Assembly: GCA_964187785.1 (NCBI GenBank)
Contig: OZ076409.1
Coordinates: forward strand, 97,342,001-97,406,000
Source of the DNA: Amphiscolops sp. MND2022
Taxonomy: Eukaryota
Direction: 5' to 3'
DNA: 64,000 nucleotides
Positions 60,764-64,000 of this stretch are shown one piece after another (within the stretch, counting starts at the first letter, position 1; every line of letters starts with the position of its first letter). The position numbers and the translations under genes were made by a program. The notes below the pieces were generated by a model. It was not told where the DNA came from. It worked only from the letters and a program-made list of their open reading frames with translations, and did not search any database.

Positions 60764-61119
60764 GGTGTCCGGAAATTACGCCCAAGGAAATTACGCCCAA
60801 ACGTAAATTATGCCCAATGTAATTACGATAATGTAATCAGCTATGCTCACATACCCCTAGTGCCCTAAATGCAAGAGCGAAGCGAAGCGGAGCGACGTGC
60901 CAAATGGCCGTGCCTCAATGTTGCTACCTGGCGAAGGGAGCGAAGCGACCGAGCCATACAACAAATAGTCTAACCTCTTCAAATAATAACCTGAAAATAA
61001 TCGCTGCTATTCGCTTTGAATAGCTTAATTTCCTTGTAATTTCTGTAATTTCTGGCGTAATTTCTGTTTGCGCGTAATTTCCTTGGGCGAAATTTCCTTG
61101 GGCGTAATTTCCTAGAACC
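60764..61119. mobile_element. Mutator-like MITE with GAAATTACGCCC arrays
   Basis: Termini GGTGTCCGGAAATTACG / CGTAATTTCCTAGAACC, TSD ATTAGTTG, GCGAAGC-rich core. Confidence 0.8.
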
Positions 61120-61286
61120 ATTAGTTGTTCGCGGATTCCGAAAAAAAATCGACTTTTTCGAATAACCTTTTTTCGAGCTGTCATTTCCAAATATTGTGTC
61201 ATTCGCGTGAATGAATAGAATCATTCTATCATCCTTGAAGACTTTCCAGCGACGTTCAAGTTTCTCCTCAGTGTTTTCAGTTTTTG

Positions 61287-62195
61287 GGGAGCGGCAGGGG
61301 GCCCAAAAATTAATTGCAATTAATTGCTGCCACTTCAACCATGAAAATCATTTAATTTTAATTGCTCTTCTGAAAATTTAATTAACTGCAATTAATTGAA
61401 CTTAATTGTATCTCTACTCTATTAAGTAACAACGAAAATATAATTACAATAATGAATTCAAGCAACAATTGATGCACGAATTTGTTCGTCTCAAAATCTT
61501 TGATTTATCGTCAAGAAAAGTTGCATCTCCAAATTCATTGGTAGCAGATTTTGACGCAAATCACCGAATGATTATGTAGCCGAACATCAGGTGAAATTGC
61601 GTCATCGGCTGCAGCCGATTCACTTACAAGTTGCAAACGCATGAAATACATGTATTACACCAATTAAATGCACTTAATTGGAACAAAAAAATTATTAAAT
61701 TTTAAATGCAAAGTCTAGCAATCAATTAATTTCTAGCAATTAATTGCAATTAAGTTTAAATCAAATAATTTTTGCGCAGCCCTGGGGAGCGGGACAAAAC
61801 AGCCAATTTTAAACGGGACAAAACAGCCGATTTTCAGAATAAGACAAAATAGCCGATTTTAAAACTCCAAAATCACCTATTGGTAAAAATAAAAATCGCC
61901 GAGTTCGTTAAAGCGTAAGCTTAGTAATTAAAATTATTATTTTAACGTAGTCAGCTATGTTCACATACTTCTAGTGCCCTAAATGCAGGAGCGAAGCGAA
62001 GCGGAGCGACGTGCCATATGGCCATGCCTCAATGTTGCTACTTGGCGAAGGGAGCGAAGCGACCAAGCCATACAGCAAACATGAACCTCTTCAAATAAAT
62101 CCATTCATAATGGCTGTAACAGCAGTCATTTTGTTCCGTTTTGAAAATCGGTTGTTGTGTACCGTTTTGAAAATCGGCTGTTATGTCCTGCAACC
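61287..62195. mobile_element. Mutator-like MITE with ACAAAACAGCCG arrays, interrupted by a hAT MITE
   Basis: 9-bp TSD CAGTTTTTG (61278-61286, 62196-62204); termini GGGAGCGGGAC / GTCCTGCAACC; GCGAAGC-rich core. Confidence 0.8.
61295..61784. mobile_element. hAT-like MITE
   Basis: CAGGG...CCCTG termini, 8-bp TSD GGGAGCGG. Confidence 0.8.
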
Positions 62196-62799
62196 CAGTT
62201 TTTGATCTCTTCTAGACATTCTTCAGCTAACAACGCTTCAAAGAGCTTTGCCATGCCCTCATTTCCGTCAAAAGTGGCTTGAATTGATCCACCCAAGTTG
62301 GCAACCAATCGCAGTCTTCCGGTGGACCACAGAGGTGGCATCCGCAGTTTTTGGACATTAATAAGTTCATTGGTGGATCCAATGGTTCTTTTGTGAGTCT
62401 GGTAAAAAATTTCTGTAATACGTCAGGGTTGGCATCCAAACGTAGACGACCAATTTTAGGTTTTTTTTCCACCAAAATACCGTGATTTTAGTTGTTATTC
62501 TCTCAAAACAACAAAATTAGGCCTTATTCCACTAAAATACAGCTATTTTAGACATTATATCAGAAAAACTAATATAGGCTTTACTCCACCAAAGTACGGA
62601 GATTTTAGATCTTATTCTATCAGATAAACGAATAAAGCCAATATAACTGCGATCATGATGTAACTGTTATCATGTTCCGCCCTCACACATTTATTTGTGC
62701 AAATGAAGGAAAGTCACCATCTGCGTTGCATTTTTTTCTTCCAAATTCGCCCAAAAACATACATAACTCACATCCCAAAAACATACATAACTCACATAA

Positions 62800-63270
62800 C
62801 CCATGCACGCATTTTCACGGATTGTTGACTTGATGTCTCCAAAATAAAAAAAACGGGAATGAAAAAATCAATAAAAAATGCGCAAAATTTCAGTTTTTCT
62901 TGTTTTCTTGTGTGGTCACTCTATAATACTGGGGACAACATTAGGTCAAAGAGGCCCTAGCATGTTTTCGAACAAGCTGAACTGCAGCCAGAGACACCAC
63001 GCGTGCAAAGTTTTGGCACAAAGTCCGGAGCCAGTGCGGCGAAGCTGCACGCCAGCCGAGGACTTCGCGCAAAAAACTTTGTGCGCAAGGGGCCCTCATT
63101 AGCGGGCCCCCATCCCAGCAGTTTGAATATCAAAATGAAAGCCCTGATTGTCTTCTTTTGAACGCGTTAAAAATCGTTTGTCGGACTTGAATAGTTTTAG
63201 AGATATTGCGGCTTAAAGTTTAAGCACCAGATTTTTGGATGCATCCAGAAATTTCAACCTCCATTCCGGG
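62800..63270. repeat. Second copy of the piggyBac-like MITE body at 705-1231
   Basis: Shared CCTAGCATGTTTTC...TGCAAAGTTTTGGC.CAAAGTCCGGAGCCAGTG...GTCGGACTTG; ends GGG-TTAA. Confidence 0.6.
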
Positions 63271-63299
63271 TTAATGATATAATCCGTTGAATTTACTGA

Positions 63300-63382
63300 C
63301 GATTGCTGCCCAGTTGGCTGGGCGTTGGCCTGCCAGTCAGTAGGTGGTGGGTTCGAAACCGGGCTGGAGCCTAGAATTTTTT
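63300..63382 (+). repeat. tRNA-derived (Gly-GCC-like) repeat head
   Basis: A-box-like TGCCCAGTTGG, arm TGGC-CTGCCA-GTCA, B box GGTTCGAAACC, T-run downstream; acceptor stem does not pair. Confidence 0.45.
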
Positions 63383-64000
63383 CTGCTTTCCCAGGCAGTA
63401 CATTGCCTTCGCCATACGTTTTTCGCAATACTAGTGTGGCGGAAAATATCCCGGTGCTTAGCGTGCGTCTTGTTTATCATTGAATCTAAAATTTTTGTCA
63501 AACATTTCTGTCATCGTTTTTTAATTGAAGGTTTTTCGACTTGTTTGGTTCTTCTTCAGAAAACCGGGGTCTTAGTTCGCAGAATTCTAATCTGAGCTGT
63601 TACAATTGGGAAAATCATATTGCAACAACCGAGAAGTAAAGTAAATGAATTTTTTTGGGAAATTGATAAAACTTATCGAGGTTAAAAAGACATATTTTAT
63701 AGATCAGGGGTATAGCGGAAAAAATCCAACAGTTTTTGTTGAACCCGATTTCTTTATTCAAACATACCCATGCAATGAAAGCAATGTGTATGGAATTTTC
63801 GTAGAAATTTTCAAACTTTTACAGTTACACGTTCACTGGGGGGATCCAATGTGAAGAAATCAGAGAAAGACAGAGAGCACAAAATATCGCTGGGGTCACC
63901 CTATTATCCCCAAGTGTACAAAAACAGAGATGACTCCCACAAAGTGATCTACAACCTGCAAGTGAAGCCCCCCTTCCGACCGGGTGTAAAGATGCTGGAT

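Noticed and set aside
63300..63382. Functional tRNA genes here, at 47664-47738 or at 26060-26130
   Set aside because: A/B boxes are present but acceptor stems do not pair; treated as tRNA-derived repeats.

Overview
AT-rich, repeat-dominated eukaryotic (most likely invertebrate animal) genomic DNA. About 45% of the window is two adjacent minus-strand Ty3/gypsy-type LTR retroelements, each with both LTRs and a target-site duplication (TSD). Element A (15078-25748; ~1.37 kb LTRs; TSD GAAGG) has lost gag-core/PR/RT but keeps RNase H-integrase remnants. It also carries a six-exon ANTISENSE gene (~1000-1070 codons, BED-like zinc finger, five phase-consistent GT-AG introns), a divergent 232-aa ORF with a SUMO-interaction-like motif, and a ~126-codon ORF that starts inside the LTR and reads through the PBS. 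Element B (27372-45783; 18.4 kb; 268-bp LTRs differing at 2 sites; TSD CTAC) is a giant retrovirus-like element. It encodes a ~2,670-codon Gag-PR-RT-RH-IN polyprotein with three lesions, a Met-less S/P/T-rich ORF, an intact 858-aa envelope-like glycoprotein whose motifs resemble chuvirus-type class III fusogens, and two or more post-env accessory ORFs. The rest holds a complete Mutator (MULE) transposon with an intact transposase, many MITEs (MULE-, hAT-, Tc1- and piggyBac-like, several nested), Helentron-associated (HINE-like) repeats, tRNA-derived repeats, a minisatellite, a 225-bp near-perfect palindrome and one candidate host exon with a GPRIN-like motif. All calls come from manual reading and motif recognition; no database search was run.
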